Source: the human T2T-CHM13v2.0 reference genome, Homo sapiens. From it: a stretch of 64,000 bases of DNA. The stretch is taken from the NCBI RefSeq assembly GCF_009914755.1, contig NC_060925.1. One strand, written 5' to 3'. The notes beneath the pieces are model-generated. The model did no database searches and had not been told where the DNA came from. It was given only the letters and a program-made list of their open reading frames with translations. A program made the translations under genes and the position numbers. Positions 1 to 15,179 of this stretch are shown piece by piece; position 1 is the stretch's first letter, and each line of letters begins with the position of its first letter.

Positions 1-560
1 ATTTGGGAATTTCCAAATCCCTAACAAACTCCTGAAGGAAGCCACACCATGTAATATTAAGATTGCGGAACTTCTTAAAGATCTCAAAAGACTAGGATCC
101 TCAGACAGAACCAATCAAGTGCCCACATTATAATGAAACAGCAAGTAATGAGGGTACAGAATAAAAATTCAGATCATGAGGTACAAGAAAGCCTAAAAGC
201 TACCAGAGAAGAAAATAAAAGAGTTAAATTCAAAGGAACACCCATCAGAATGGCACAAAACTTCCCAACTCCAGATGCTAGAAGAGTATAATCTTCCAAT
301 TCTACAGGAAAATACTTTTCAAAGTACAATTCTCAACCTAGCTACACAAGCAACTATGTGTGAAGACAGAATACGTTGTAGACACAGGAAGACTCAAAAT
401 TCAGCTCCTTCTTTCTCCTTCTAATAAAGTTACTTAGAGATATGCAGAACAGAATGAGGATGTATTACAAAGAAAAGGAAGACTTGGGATCTATAAATCA
501 ACAGATCCGACAAAGGACATCAGGCCAGGGAAGTTTAAGGATGAGAACAACACACCCAGA
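1..560 (+). mobile_element. Old L1M fragment (ORF1 3' region)
   Basis: cccatcagaatggcacaaaacttc...gctagaaga...ttttcaaagtacaattctcaacctagcta resembles the L1 ORF1 C-terminal region; A-rich. Confidence 0.6.
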
Positions 561-1052
561 AGCCACTGGCACATATCAGAGCAGGAGAAGGGAATGTCTA
601 GAAAGAGGGTAGGACTTCTCCCAGAAAAAAACAGTACTTTAAAAAATAATCTTATATGATAGTTCTATAGTAGGCAAAAACAAAGTACGAATGGAGAGTC
701 ACTATTACTTTCTTGTTATTAAAAACTCCATGAAAGACAAAAGAAACTCATAGTATACTGTTTAGATCTGCAGTGAACATTTACTGAGTCATAACCAACA
801 CCTTATTAATTGAACTAAACATAGTAATACAACTATATTGGGAGAAGGAAGGAGGTGTATTTTAAGACCTAAATCAGAATTTATTTATTCACAGCAGAAA
901 GTCAACAAAATCTAGCATTGATAAAGCAGTAAACCAGTTGATTATTTAGAGCTATAGCATTAACCGCAAGAAAAAAGACCTGAAAAGATTAAAAGTGATT
1001 CCCTCAGATGTGGACGTAGAGTAAGACAAGAGTTGGTTGTTCATTACAAGGC

Positions 1053-1356
1053 CTTTTTTTTTTTTTTTTTTTTTTGAGATGGAGTCTTGCTCTGTTGCCT
1101 GGGCTGGAGTGCAGTGGTGTGATCTCAGCTCACTGCAACCTCCGGCTCCCATGTTCAAATAATTCTCCTGGCTCAGCCTCCTGAGTAGCTAGGACTAGAG
1201 GAATGAGCCACCACACTCGGCTAATTTTTGTATTTTTAGTAGAGATGGGGTTTTACTGTGTTGGCCAGGCTGGCTTGAACTCCTGCCCTCAAGTGATCCA
1301 CCCACCTCGGCCTCCCAAAGTGCTGGGATGACAGGTGTGAGGCACCACACCTGGCC
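1053..1356 (-). mobile_element. Alu (AluS-like), full length
   Basis: Poly-T followed by gagatggagtcttgctctg...cacctggcc; TSD cattacaaggc / cattacgaggc. Confidence 0.97.
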
Positions 1357-1514
1357 CATTACGAGGCTTTTAATGTCATTTGATTTTTAAACATGTATAT
1401 TTATTATTTTGATTAGCTTATTGATTTTTAAGAATTTGTCTTAGATTACCAAGTTAGTATATTATTTGCCCAAATGAAGGAAATGGCCTGGGGTAAGATC
1501 AGAGTGGCTTAGAG

Positions 1515-1735
1515 CAGTAGCCAGCAAACATTTCCAATAAAGGGCCAGAGAGTAAACAGAAAGTTTTGAGGGCCATATGATCTGTTGCAACTTTATAAAA
1601 ACTCTGCCAGTGTAATGCAAAAACCGCTACAAATATATGTAAACAAAAGAACTTGGCCATATTTCAATAAAAGTTTATTTGCAAACACAGGAAATGGGCC
1701 AGATTTAGTCTATGGGCCAGTCTGCCTGACCCTGG
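1515..1735 (+). mobile_element. MER58A-like hAT DNA transposon
   Basis: cagcaaacatt...aagggccaga...gggccatatg...caataaaagtttatttgcaaa...gggccagattt...gaccctg follows the recalled MER58A consensus. Confidence 0.75.
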
Positions 1736-1899
1736 CTTAAACAATGACCTGAAGACAAAGTGGCAGACAGATCTGAGGTGTTTAGTGGCAGAATTTTTAA
1801 AATATTTATCTTCATTCCTACTAAGTTTTCTTCACAGATACCTGTGGTCCCTTTTACAACCAAACTCTCACGTTTCTCCGCTTATATTCACTCTTCAAA

Positions 1900-2170
1900 A
1901 CACTACAGTCTGGTCTCTACACCCACATCCACTCATAACTGCTTAAGCCAGGCTTGTCAAGACCTTCTTATTCTCAAATCTAATGGAAACATTAGTGTTT
2001 GTGTTTCTTGACTTCTAGTACTTCAACACTTCAACAATTTCTCCATCTTTGAAATTTCCTTTTAACTTAGGTACTGGGGTTGTACTATCATTTTTTTCTT
2101 CCATTGAACCAGTTTAGCCTTAGTTTTAAAAGTTTTTTCAAATAAGATGTCATCCAGGATTCCATCCATG
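1900..2170 (+). mobile_element. L2 fragment
   Basis: tctggtctctacacccacatccactcataactgc...gaccttcttattctcaaatctaatgg resembles L2 ORF2. Confidence 0.55.
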
Positions 2171-4725
2171 GTACCATGTCCAAAGTTGTTACAGATATGT
2201 TTTATAATCTAATACGGATACATGCTTCAACGATAATGGAGTATATGGGACCAGCCTGTTTTCCCATAAGATAGTAGAAAATTGGACAAAGTGTATGAAA
2301 CAACTGTTTTCAGATATTGGACAACACATAGTAAAGGAGACAGTGGTCTCTGAGAGGAAGGAAACACTCAGGGAGTCCTATGATATTCTGCCTAGAAACA
2401 TTTTCCAGAATGCTGCCCAGGGAGGGAGAACCTCAGCAGAGTACAATCAATGGCCTCGCTGAGGTTAGGGGAGGCGAGGCAGTGGAATTTGCAGGACACA
2501 GTACTCAAAATGAAGAAGCAATAAGGACTAAGAGCTCCAGAAATCTACAAAGGATCCCCTGAAGTCTTTGGTGGAACACCAAGCCGTACTTCTAGAAGCC
2601 CAAAGACCCACAACCAGGGGAAAGTACATCTACTGGGAATGTGTAAGCTGCACAATTACCAGAGCTTGCAAAAGGCTCAAAGACAAGTGAAGCACAACCA
2701 GTCAGAGTACAAAGACACTGGTGAACAGGGGGTAGAATTCAGTAGTGATCCCAGAAAGGCCAAGTCTTAAGTATAGGGTTAAACTAATGCTAGGACTGCA
2801 GCTACCAAAATGTGGACTAGGGAACCCCAGTGGGTCTGTAAAGTTAAAACAAGTTTAAATAATACTAAGATTTAATTTGCCTTTTTTCACTTTAATTTAT
2901 TCACAATTATACAGTGGTGTTTATAGAAGCTACATGTTGTATCATAATATTACATTGACATTGTACAGGTTGTGCTTCTGTAGTCTTGTGTTACAAAATG
3001 TTCCTAGTTTTAATTTCTAAAATGCTGAATAGTCCATAGTTAAAATCCTCATGAACAAAAACTATGGCGTCCCCAGTAATTTTAAAGAGTGTTAAGGTTC
3101 TAAAACCATAAAGTTTGAAAATATCCACCTTAGAGTGAAGGCTTTCTAGACTTGCCCCAGCAAGCTTAAAAAGAAGCTTCAAAGGTATCAAACTTATCCA
3201 CAAACAATTGCCTCCTGCAATAAAAATGCAAGCTGAGCCAATTCATATATCCCTAGTATATTTCTAGATACTGCTGTATTTCTCAATGAGACTGCAGTAT
3301 TCTATACTGTCCAAAACAGTGTCATGTAAAAGGAACCACACATAATTTTTAAAAACAGGAATAACTAGGTGTCTGATAGTGCACTAATTGTCCAATCTTA
3401 ACTTATGTAAGTCGTACTCATCTGTAAAATGGGAATTCGGTAATTGTTGGATGGGTTAAAAGAAATACATTACTATCTTGAAAGGGATCTTATTCAATTT
3501 CCTTAGGTCCAAAACATTAAGCATTCTAAAAAACAAAATCTAATGATAGCAGCTACTTTTATACAGAATATAAAGTACAAAGAAGAAAAGAAACATGTTT
3601 TATGCATATATAACTCCATTTTTAATTGGCTTTATATACTCTGTGTTTTTCAGTCACATAGCATGAGCAACTAATTTTAAAAAACTACAGAAATTAACCG
3701 TACTAGTCTTCTATTTTGGATAGTATTAATTACAATCTTTCATTTTGATTCCTAAATTCACAAAAACCTGTATTACCCTATAAAATAAATACTAGTGTAG
3801 TTATCAACAAAGAATTCTGAAGGAGATAATGTTGATTTGCTTACTATACTGACATTTTACTGACAATGATATAACACAGTGATGTCTGAAGGGCAGGGGA
3901 GAATGGTATAAAAATCACTCATGGTTCACAACCTATTATTGAAACTGAGGTTAGTATTTATATTACATAGTATGGCAATACTAGAAAAGATTTCCTTGTG
4001 GAGTATACAGTTTAAGACCTCTGCTGTACAGCTATACCTCCATGCTTGCTTCCAGTGGCCATGACACTTTATTCAAATATGTAAGTTTTATTAAGACTGA
4101 GTTTATTAAGAAAAAACCAAGAACCTTAGATACAACTAGTGAAGTATTGAGACCTGTCCATATTTAAAACCAAGCACACGATACCACTTAAAAGGTTCCC
4201 CAGAAAGCCTCTATCCTGAAATGCTTGAAAGTGAGCAGTGCTGACTCTCGATTATTACCGATTGCATTAAATATGACACTTGTTTTCTTTCTTTTGGCTA
4301 TAAGGAGAAAATGTCATTTTGTATATGAGTGAGCACAGAGGAGACAGAATGTGGGAAAGAACAGAATGGGATAATAATTTTTTACTAAATACTCCAGTTC
4401 TCAGCTTTATAAGTCAACAGACAAAATGAATCAGCTAAACCTAAAATCTTTGTGAATAGTATAAATTGTCTTTTAAATTAAATGCATATATTTTTATGTT
4501 TTACTTTTTCAAGACAAAAGCAGGATATTAGTACAATATAAGATTTATAGAGGAGCAAATTTCTTGAGATAGGAAACCCTTAAAAGCAGTATTTAAAGTA
4601 CTTAAATACTGTCACATATGTTTAATAATCATAATACTTAATTGTGAGAACTGGGAGCTCATGTTACTACTAAAACCAAATAAAAATTCAATACATATTT
4701 GTTAACTCAGTTTAAGGATGTTTAC

Positions 4726-4830
4726 CTTAATACTGACACAGTATGGATGGTAACACTGACCACACTGAGAACAGGCAAGTAATCTTCCTTCTGCTCCTTG
4801 GCCAAAACTGCCACAAACTACACATATATC
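4726..4830 (-). pseudogene. KMT2C: KMT2C exon 18 paralog (N-terminal part of PHD finger 4)
   Basis: ttcag|GATATA...ATTAAG|gtaaac; DICVVCGSFGQGAEGRLLACSQCGQCYHPYCVSIK with C-x2-C...C-x2-C-x4-H-x2-C zinc ligands intact. Confidence 0.96.
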
Positions 4831-5022
4831 CTGAAGTTAAGAAAACAGAACATATTTTAAATGGAGACTAAGCTAAAAACCTACAAATTTTACTTTAAAA
4901 ATACCTTCTTAACTAATATAGCTCTATAGCTAAATATTGGATCACTTCTGTGTATATGAGATAAAGCAGAAATGTGCAAGGAGGAATTCAATGAGGAAGA
5001 CAGTAAATTGTCAAGTTCAAAC

Positions 5023-5124
5023 CTGATTCAAAGTGAATTTGTCACTGCTAGAAAACAACACAACCATATCGAGCACAGAGTTTTCTTCATCATCCTTATT
5101 TGATGAAATATCTGCAGTAGACAC
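5023..5124 (-). pseudogene. KMT2C: KMT2C exon 17 paralog
   Basis: tatag|GTGTCT...AATCAG|gtttga; VSTADISSNKDDEENSVLDMVVLFSSSDKFTLNQ (parent ...ENSMHNTVVLF...). Confidence 0.95.
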
Positions 5125-5479
5125 CTATAAAAAGCAAAATACACAAAATACGAAGTTATATTTTTCACTTGTTTTACACTTAACTGGAAAGCTTCAGAAA
5201 ATTCATAATCAAAACATATATTTTTGCTAAGGTCTAGAATAACAATTCCAAATATTAATGCTAAGATACTACAGCAAAATGGAGTCATGACATTTTATTA
5301 TTCAACTCATTCTCTCTTTAGAGGTAGAATTCCTTTAGACCAAGAAGTAATGAGAAAATATAATAAACCTGTCTTAGTAAGACTTGATTATGCAGAATTC
5401 TAATCAAGAAACTATAAATGATAATATTATAGGTATGTACACCACAAATCTATCACTATTTTAATGACACACACTTGGG

Positions 5480-5957
5480 ATCTGCAATGTAGTTAGTCTG
5501 AACTGAGATGTCCTGCAAACAGAAAATACAGCACATAATTACATATTACATGTTGAAATGGTAATATTTTAGATATATCGGTCAAAATGGAAGGCATTAA
5601 AATTAATTTCGCCTGTTCACTATACCTTTATTTTGTTTCGAGAGGAGTTTCACTCTTGTTGACCAGGCTGGAGTGTAATGGCGCGATCTCGGCTCGTTGC
5701 AACCTCTGCCTCCTGGTTCAAGCTGTTCTCCCTTACTCAGCCTCCCAAGTAGCTGGGATTACAGTTGTCCACCACCATGCCCAGCTAATTTCTGTATTTT
5801 TAGTAGAGATGGGGTTTCACCATATTGGAAAGGCTGGTCTCTTAACTCCTGACCTCAAATGATCCACTGCACCCAGCTCACTGTAACTTTTTAATGTGGC
5901 TACTAGGAAGTTTTAAATTGCATATGTGGTTCTCATTATATTTCTATTAGCACCGCT
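5480..5957 (+). mobile_element. MER33-like (Charlie) DNA element interrupted by an Alu
   Basis: ttacatgttgaaatggtaatattttagatat...attaaaattaatttc and ttttaatgtggctactagg...tatatttctatt halves flank the Alu. Confidence 0.7.
5626..5878 (-). mobile_element. Alu with a deletion in the left arm
   Basis: gagtttcactcttgttgaccaggctggagtg...tgatccactgcacccagc; TSD tcactatacctt / tcactgtaactt. Confidence 0.93.
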
Positions 5958-6269
5958 TTAGAATATTATTTTGAATAACATCCAAATTTCAGTATCAGCC
6001 AAATGATTATCAACCAATATTGTTCAGTCTGGACTTAGTTCTATTTGACTAAATCAACTAAGTAGCCACTGGTTTGTTAATAATTTCTAGAGTGATATGA
6101 AACAAAATAAAGCTCTGAACTAGAAGTTGTAGAAGAAGACAAGGAGGGCACTGCCAAAATCATAAAATACAATCCTCTTTCTTTAAAAAGCTTACAACCG
6201 AAGCCTGGAAAGACAGAGTTGAAACACAACAGGTTATGTTCAAGGTCAAAACATAAAACGACTGAATTA

Positions 6270-6629
<360 letters not shown>

Positions 6630-6688
6630 TTAACTAAATAGAAGGACTATATCTCAGTATTTTTCAATACAAATACATTTAAAAGCAG

Positions 6689-6997
6689 TTTTTTTTTGTT
6701 TGTTTTTTTGTTTGTTTGTTTTTGAGATGGAGTCTTGCTATGTCACCCAGGCTGGAGTGCAGTGGCACAATCTCAGCTCACTGCAAGCTCTGTCTTCACG
6801 GCATTCTCCTGCCTCAGCCTCCCGAGTAGCTGGGACTACAGGCGCCTGCCACCATGCCCAGCTAATTTTTTGTATTTTTAGTAGAGATGGGGTTTCACCA
6901 TGTTAGCCAGGATGGTCTCGATCTCCAGTCCTCACGATCCACCCACCTTGGCCTCCCGAAGTGCTGGGATTACAGGCATGAGCCACCGTGCCCAGCC
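6689..6997 (-). mobile_element. Alu (AluY/Sc-like)
   Basis: T/GTTT tail, ctgcaagctc, gttagccaggatggtctcgatc; TSD taaaagcagtttt. Confidence 0.96.
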
Positions 6998-8672
6998 TAA
7001 AAGCAGTTTTAATGGATAGTACTAATGCTTTATAAGAGCAATTTATAGTCATATGAACCCTAATGACTACAAGTGTTAATAATGCCAATATTCATCATTA
7101 GGGAGTAAGTAAAGCCATGACAAATCCAAACATTAGAAAATTACGCAACATTTTAAAAGTAGGGAGGTAGAAACTTGTATAGACTGCCATGAAAGAAATT
7201 ATCAAAAGACGTTGTTGATGAAAAAATAAATTGCAGAACAGTATTTGAGGTATAGCACTATAATATAAAAACATGCAAAGTCATTATATGTAGTCTATGG
7301 GCACATACAATAGGTTGAATCATAAGAAATTGCTGCTTTTCATCAGTTCAGAAATAATATTGGCAATTTCATATGGATCAACCTAATATATAAATATACC
7401 AAACTGGTAACAGGGAAATAAGGAGGACTTGAGGAGTTAGTAATGGTAAATTCTGATCTACCTATAACGCTTTAATTTTTTTAATAGAGAAAATGTATTG
7501 ATGTGTTATATGCATAGCATTAACAAAATTAGCTTTCTAAGATTTTAGAGAATCATCCAAGATGATTCACAAAAGTAGAATCATCATCACCAGTAAGAAA
7601 CTAAGTGACTACTAAAAGTAATCATTAATTCAGTCATAGGACTAATGATGCATTGACAAGGTTATTGAGATATATAATTGTGGAAATGGCTAAAATAGAG
7701 ATAAAGTATCTATTTCTACCTCCCAACCACTAACAGAAAATTCAACACATTATACACACTGAGCAGCTCAAAGAAATTGTAAAGATCCATTATTATTTTT
7801 AAAAGGAAATTTAACCAGTGGATGCTTTCACTGAAAATGATAAACAATATATTCCCAGTATAAACCAGAAACAAAGTCTGCAGTAGAAAACTACAATGTC
7901 CCTAGATTCAAGTGGGGGTGGGGAGTCATATTTAAATAATAAGTGCAGAAAAACCAAAATATTTTAAAATAATTGTCCATGCAAGAAAGAAAACAGTATC
8001 ATCTAGCTTGAAGACCCACTGTTTTTATTTTATAATTTATTTCATGACCTTTAGACTGCTAGAAAAATAAAACCTAACTTGAGGGCAAAGGTAATCTTTC
8101 AGAAAATATGTGCTATTGTTGCCTGCATAGATAATAGTGTGATTTATCCAGAAGGTGATAGAAATTTCATTTTCCTAGACCACAGATATAAGCCAAGGAG
8201 AATAGAAAGCTCTGACCTAAACTTCACAAGTGTCCCTTCCAAGCAGGGACACGTAAGAGTAAACAAAAAAAGAAGATCAAACTAAACTCAAAGTGAGAAG
8301 ATAGGAAAAAATAAAGATGAGAATATAAATCAATAAAACAGAAAGGGGAAAGAAAATAGAGAAAAGTCCATGAAAACAAAGGCTGACTCAAGAAGATCAA
8401 TAAGATTGATAAATCTCTAGCCAGACTGATCAGGAAAAAAATAAGACAAGATACAAATTATTAGTATCAAGAATGAGGAAGGTGAAATCACTACAGATTC
8501 TACAGGTATTAAAATAATAAGAAACATTATGATCAACTCCATTCCTTTAATTTGTCAAGATAGACAAAATGAACAAATTTCTTGAAAGGTGCAAATTTAT
8601 GCAAGGAGAGACAGATAACCTAAATAGGTACCTATTAAAGAAATAAAATTTGTTGTTAAAAACTGTCCCACA

Positions 8673-9236
<564 letters not shown>

Positions 9237-9427
9237 AACACAACAAAAACCCCCCACAAAGAAAATTTCAGGCCAAGATGGTTTCACTAATAAATTCATG
9301 TATAATATAAGAAGATACATTTCCACTACTACACAACTTTTCCAGAAAACTGAAGATGAGAATATACTTTCTGATTCATTCTATGAAGCTGGAGTTATGC
9401 TGATACCAAAACCAGATGAAGACATTA

Positions 9428-9743
<316 letters not shown>

Positions 9744-10656
9744 GTGCACAGGTCTACAACCGTGGTGCATCCACAGTTTTATTAATATTCAGCAAGAAAA
9801 GGAAGTACACTGTTAACAAGTACAACAGCATAGATTAATCTCCAAATAATTGTGCTGAAATAAATCAGTCCAAAAAGCACACAGTTCTGTATGATTCCAC
9901 TTATATACAACTCTAGAAAATGCAAACTAATCTTGGGGACAAGGACGGATGGCAGGGGGAATGCAGAAAATTACAGAGGGACATGAAGAAACGTTGGGAG
10001 ATGAATATATTCACTATCATGATTGTGGTATCGTTTTCAAGGGTGTATATGTATATATCAAAGCTTATGGAATTGTACATGTCAAATATAGCTTATATCA
10101 ACTATACCTCAATAAGCCTGGTTTTAAAATTTTTCTTTTTGAAAAAAGGACAAGAATCTAAGCTTCCTTATTCCTGGTTTAGTAGTAAACTTGAACAATT
10201 TCACCTGTCTCCTATACTTAAAATGACATTTCAGAATTTTAAAAACAGGATTTTAATAAAATAGCGAAGTTATTACATAAAATATTTGCTAGTAGTTAAC
10301 AAATATATTTGTAATACACATATAAATAAAGCCTCGTAACATGATAGTAAGCAAATATCAATCTTAAAATTTTTTAAATAAAAGAGCAACTATATTACAT
10401 ACTGACTTTTTAGAGAGGGTTGGCATAGAAAGATAAGGAGTCAAAGAGGAAGGTAAGAAAAGAGAAAGGATGAGAAAGTAAATATACAAGAAAACGTAAC
10501 CAGAGGCTCAAAAAAAAAAAAAAAAAGCAAAGTAGGACAGTAAAATAAACATTTTGACCTATTTATATGATTTTTAAGTTCAAAATAACTTGCTATGAGA
10601 TTTTCATCATTAACTGACATTTAGATTAGAGAAAATATACATGAAGCAAGCCTCAC

Positions 10657-10773
10657 CCCAGGCAATACAACAGCTCCGATTCCACTTTTCAGCTTTGACC
10701 TGCCTCGGCCACCTCGCCCCGACAGTCCTGCACCTCGAGGTCTCCGCTTTCCTGGAAATCCAGACCCATGGCC
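10657..10773 (-). pseudogene. KMT2C: KMT2C exon 16 paralog
   Basis: catag|GGCCAT...CCTGGG|gtgagg; GHGSGFPGKRRPRGAGLSGRGGRGRSKLKSGIGAVVLPG. Confidence 0.95.
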
Positions 10774-11169
10774 CTATGTAACAGATTAGGAAAAGTCAAC
10801 ATTCTGTGACAGCCCAAAATAATTTTTAAATCCAAATGCCACTGAGATAAAACATTTTATTAAATGTTATACAAACACTTCTTTAGATAAGTATTAAGAG
10901 ACCTGGCTTATTATTTTTATCTTTAAAAGTATATTCCACAACTTAAAATTCTAAATATAAAATGCTTACAACCTTAGAATCATACTTTCGGGCTGTCACT
11001 GTGAACGCTATCAGCAAGCCTTTGCATGATTTTTCTCTTTGCCACTCCTACATTCTCGGTGACGACAACAACTATAGCCTTATCCAGATATTTCGAAGTG
11101 CAACAAATTGTATTCAATATAGAGTAAGGATAAGGAAGAACTCTCTCATTAACTGGTCTCGCGGTGATT

Positions 11170-11380
11170 ACAGTAATAGCTAACATCTATTGAGTACTTA
11201 CTATGTACTAATCTAAGTATTTTTTACTCTCAACAATCCCATATAGTAGGTTTTATTATCCTCGTTTGAGATGAGTGTGCTGAGGAATAAAATGGTTAAG
11301 TAACTTGTCCAAGGTCGCTTAGCTAGCAAGCCTGGCTCCAGCGTCCCTGGGTTGGAAGCATATTCTGTACTGCTACATCA
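11170..11380 (-). mobile_element. MIR
   Basis: aatagctaacatctattgagtacttactatgt...ggttaagtaacttgtccaaggtc is the MIR core in antisense. Confidence 0.8.
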
Positions 11381-11403
11381 GCATGAAAGTTTATTTTTGC
11401 TAG

Positions 11404-11706
<303 letters not shown>

Positions 11707-12271
11707 TGAGGATTACAGGAAAGCTGACAAAAGGCTTTGTGAAAGCTTTGCTTTAAATAATCTGAATAATAAATACTTGAAATGGAAATAATTTATCTGA
11801 CTTCTTACACAAGAAATAAACCTATGGGAAAATGTGTTAAATTCCCTGATAATTTCAGACATTAAGTACCAGAGTATGGTGTTCCCTGCCCCCTCACCCT
11901 TGTTCGTACTAATTAATTACTCCTTGAAAAAACCTGGCACCTACCTAAGTAGATGAATTATGTGTATTTAAAATTATCCAGATGCTCAGGAAAATACTTA
12001 GGTGTTTCCCTCACCATAAGTTAAATAATATGTCATATCTTCAACTGATGTCCCTTATCATAGTTTGAAATAAACTGATTCCCTATTTAGCAGAATGGTT
12101 TCCAAGTCAAAAATTTATGATGATACTGTAAGCATAAAATAGAAACACATGAACAAAAGGAATGGGAGGAATGGCTTTTTTCCCTTTGGATGTAATAAAT
12201 ACAGCCAGCTCCCAGTTTCAAACTGCCACTCCTGTCTTCTCTTACCCTGCTCTCCTTGAGATCCCTTTTGA

Positions 12272-12635
<364 letters not shown>

Positions 12636-13540
12636 GAGTTTGTTTTGTTATTAAGCTGGTATAAAAGATTTTTGAAAAATTAAGTCAGTGATTAAAAATC
12701 AAGACTACAGTAATCTCTCAATTTCTTTTCTCAAACATGAAATGCTGACCCAGAAAAAAGGTAAGTAAAAATTGGTGGTCTATATTATCAAACTGTCAAA
12801 TGAGGTATATTTATACCTCAATATCTTGGATGATATCAGGGGGAGGTAGGGAGGTTAAAAAAAAATAGTACTTCCAGTCATGAAAGAAAATAAAGTATAA
12901 TCTAGAATTCCTTAAAATCCTTGATTAGTCTGAATTAAACAGCCATATTCCAGAATATTAAATATAGAATATGAAGAAAAACTGTCATCTCCAGTCAATG
13001 AAGTATTTTAACTTTTGAGTTAATACTTTTTCAAATTAATTTTTTTCTCTTCAAAATGCATCACACTACTTAACTCACTTCAAGGACTGGCACAGCCATC
13101 AACCAATGTCATGGGGGAAAAAGCCTTGTCATTTTAAGGTATTAAACAGACAATGAAATCTGCCACAATTTTGGTATTTCTTCTCCATAAGAACATAATA
13201 AATTAATGGAGTTTTTTCTTTTGCTTTTTTCTAAGCAACAAAGTTTTATGATATCATGAATGAAAAGGTCCTTAATTACCTTTTGGTCTACATGTCAAGG
13301 ACTTCTCCCTCATAAAACCGGTAGTAATCACAACAAAAGGAATTAACCATAAAAAGAGGTATTAAAAATGTATATTGATTTTTAAATGCAAGCATATTAT
13401 TTCTTTACATTAAAATTTTTAGATTTAAAAAGTGTTTCTGGAAGCTCAATCTAGAAAAGAAAGATTTAATTCTTTACACCCAGTAGGGCAAAACAAATCA
13501 GACAGAAATGATATATGAATGTAAATGCAATTTTATTTAC

Positions 13541-13660
13541 CACTTTGATGCTCCAAATGGCACTGCCAGGAAGCTGCCTGGGTTTAAAAATTTCCCGACC
13601 TCCTGAAATGTCTGGGGACCAGGAAGGTGGGCTCACTGTATTATGGGTACTCCAAGCCTC
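13541..13660 (-). pseudogene. KMT2C: KMT2C exon 15 paralog
   Basis: cctag|GAGGCTTGG...AAAGTG|gtaaat; EAWSTHNTVSPPSWSPDISGGREIFKPRQLPGSAIWSIKV (parent GAWSTH...DISEGREIF...). Confidence 0.95.
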
Positions 13661-15179
13661 CTAGGATATGGCAGTTGAGAAAATAGATGTGTAAAACTCA
13701 GCAACATAAAAGGTCAAAGCCAGCAACTAAGGAATTTTAGAACAGCAAAAACAAATGCAAACATATGGAAATTTAGGACAAATTGCTTCAAGGAAGGCAA
13801 AATAAGCTAATCACTAACAGTGATTTAAACATTTAAGTATAACAAATAACTTAAATGATTGCTGCTACAGAGACATCACTACAATGAAACATTAAAAATT
13901 AAGGTTTATATGACATCAACATTGACTCATGAACTGCAATTACTGCACCAAAAAGTAAATAAAAGTCAATCACACTTTAAGAATTAACACTAGAAGAAAG
14001 TATTGGGGGGTTATTTTTCTTCTAACAACTATCACTCTACTTAAAAGGAGAAATGGATAACCATAAGGAATTCTATATTCTATAGCTATAAACAACCAAA
14101 ACCAGTAGGCCAAAGAATGCAATGAGAAACATAAGCAATAGATAAATGCATAAACTTTACACTGTAGAGAGCTGGTAACATTAAAATGCAAATACCATTA
14201 TAATCTTAGCATTTAATCACTCTTTCTTCAGTGACCATTAGTTGCCGGTTTGGTTTCGGTTTTTACTCAGGGAAATGAATACTTTATGGAAATTACATCC
14301 AATGGACAAAAGTGAAGAAACGTTAAAGCAAATTGTCCTAAATTTGCAAATTAAAATGCCTAAAGTACCTGATAAATTATATAGAAAGTAGTATCTTATT
14401 AAAATCTATATAACTAAAACTAAAACATTTTACTTCCAAACAACCACATTCAGCAATACCCTGAACTAATCTGAAGATGCTAAACAGCATAAAGAAAAAT
14501 GTTTACTCCACAAAGATAACATTTTAAAGAAAAACAAGACAAATGTCAAACAATAAAAGGATATATTTTGAATTAGGTAATTCAATGGTGCATGCATAAT
14601 TTTACCAATCAAGTAACCAAAACTTAAGACAAGGTACATAGTACTTACCAGGTTTCTAGAATATCATCAAATTAACAAGTACTATCTCATTAATCACATA
14701 AAAATACCACCAGGAATTAAAATAACCAGAAATAAGAATGTGACTACTCTTGGGGTAAGAGATAGGTAACGGAATAACAGTATTTTGGAAAAGCCACACA
14801 AGCAATAGACTGGTTTCATTTTTAAGTCACAAACTCAACCCACACACATTGAAGTCCAGCAATCCAACTCATTCTCTCCAGCAAACACTTTATTTTTTTC
14901 CCCCTCCAGGATTACCCTCAGGTGTTCTTTCTTACCCATCAAATCTCTAACCTAGCTCAGGTAATCACTATGCTGATTTCACTGAGCAGCAACCACTGCA
15001 GGTCAATTACCTCACTTTCATAATTTCAAATCAACTTGAATCTGTACCTATGTCTTCTTCCCTACTATTAGTAGGGAAGTGTTGTCAAAAGCCATTTCTC
15101 TTTTCTCATTTTACTCATGCTCCTAACATCTGGCATACTGTTCTGCTGGATTTGGCAGCAGCCCACCTGTGGATATTTC

